24,000 bases of DNA from Pyrinomonadaceae bacterium (GTDB taxonomy: Bacteria; Acidobacteriota; Blastocatellia; Pyrinomonadales; Pyrinomonadaceae). How positions within the stretch are numbered: position 1 is the first letter of the stretch; each line of letters starts with the position of its first letter. Below the pieces are notes generated by a model that saw only the letters and a program-made list of their open reading frames with translations, was not told where the DNA came from and searched no databases. Positions 23,740 to 24,000 of this stretch are shown here, in pieces. Made by a program: the position numbers and the translations under genes. The stretch spans positions 77,050 through 101,049 of the forward strand of contig DASVQY010000054.1 of assembly GCA_036388895.1 (NCBI GenBank). The letters are read 5' to 3'.

Positions 23740-24000
23740 GAGAAACAGACAAAAAAAACAAATTTGGTTATTTACTGCTTCGCCTCTTCGCCGGAAATTG
23801 CCTGCATTGATCGGTTTATTGGCTTGCTCTTTGGTTTTCGCAAGCTGCCGAAACGAAAATCCGCAGGGGCAAAATGACACAAATACGCGTGAAGTTACCG
23901 ACGATTTAGGACGGAAAATAAAAATTCCCGTAAAAATCGAGCGCGCCGTGTCCCTAGCGCCGAATTTAACGGAAAGCGTTTTCGCCGTCGAAGCGGGCGA
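23738..24000 (+). CDS. BtuF-like periplasmic-binding lipoprotein of a cobalamin/siderophore-type ABC transporter (5' part; runs off the window)
   Basis: The frame is open from the stop at 23711 to the window edge. The lipobox is LVFASC after LIGLLA. The mature part, ...VTDDLGRKIKIPVKIERAVSLAPNLTESVFAVEAG, is typical of the N-terminus of BtuF/FhuD-type binding proteins. The start is uncertain (TTG 23738 or TTG 23798). It lies directly downstream of a B12 riboswitch. Confidence 0.65.
   Translation, partial: MRNRQKKQIWLFTASPLRRKLPALIGLLACSLVFASCRNENPQGQNDTNTREVTDDLGRKIKIPVKIERAVSLAPNLTESVFAVEAG

Noticed and set aside
23521-23880. 119-aa minus-strand ORF
   Set aside because: It spans the riboswitch peripheral hairpin, the B12 box and the leader and signal peptide of the BtuF-like gene. 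It is incompatible with those much better supported plus-strand features.

Overview
This looks like ordinary chromosome. I saw no transposase, integrase, phage gene or CRISPR array, and most genes have GGAGG-type ribosome-binding sites. Gene content suggests an Acidobacteriota-like Gram-negative, but that is inference only.

Layout:
(a) 1-7955: a nitrogen-oxide-related locus. It holds a DUF5335-like gene, a Tat-anchored bc-type Rieske protein with an overlapping 2-TM partner, DUF3565, a NarK-type MFS transporter, a RIC/YtfE di-iron repair protein, a coiled-coil outer-membrane porin, MobA, a DUF1858-DUF2249 fusion and a divergent Crp-family regulator. No nitrate, nitrite or NO reductase is visible.
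(b) 8142-10215: two tandem paralogous secreted FG-GAP/VCBS propeller proteins.
(c) 10748-13538, minus strand: housekeeping genes tRNA-Pro(CGG), dedA, pcm, surE and rpsU.
(d) 13635-17309: a 1224-aa secreted HEAT-repeat orphan.
(e) 17635-19668: a monocistronic 677-aa radical-SAM enzyme whose architecture matches tetraether lipid synthase (Tes/GDGT-MAS). I rate this the most interesting gene in the window.
(f) 20359-24000: a phosphohexomutase, ftsB/divIC, an HDAC-family deacetylase, then a cobalamin riboswitch leading into a truncated BtuF-like lipoprotein.

Non-coding oddities:
- An 8-unit 9-bp tandem repeat that folds back between surE and pcm.
- Five ATTTACTAT direct repeats in front of the deacetylase.
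- A CRP-type palindrome in the divergent crp promoter region.
- A 690-bp AT-rich gap upstream of the Tes-like gene.

All family assignments come from motif recognition by eye. No database search was run.
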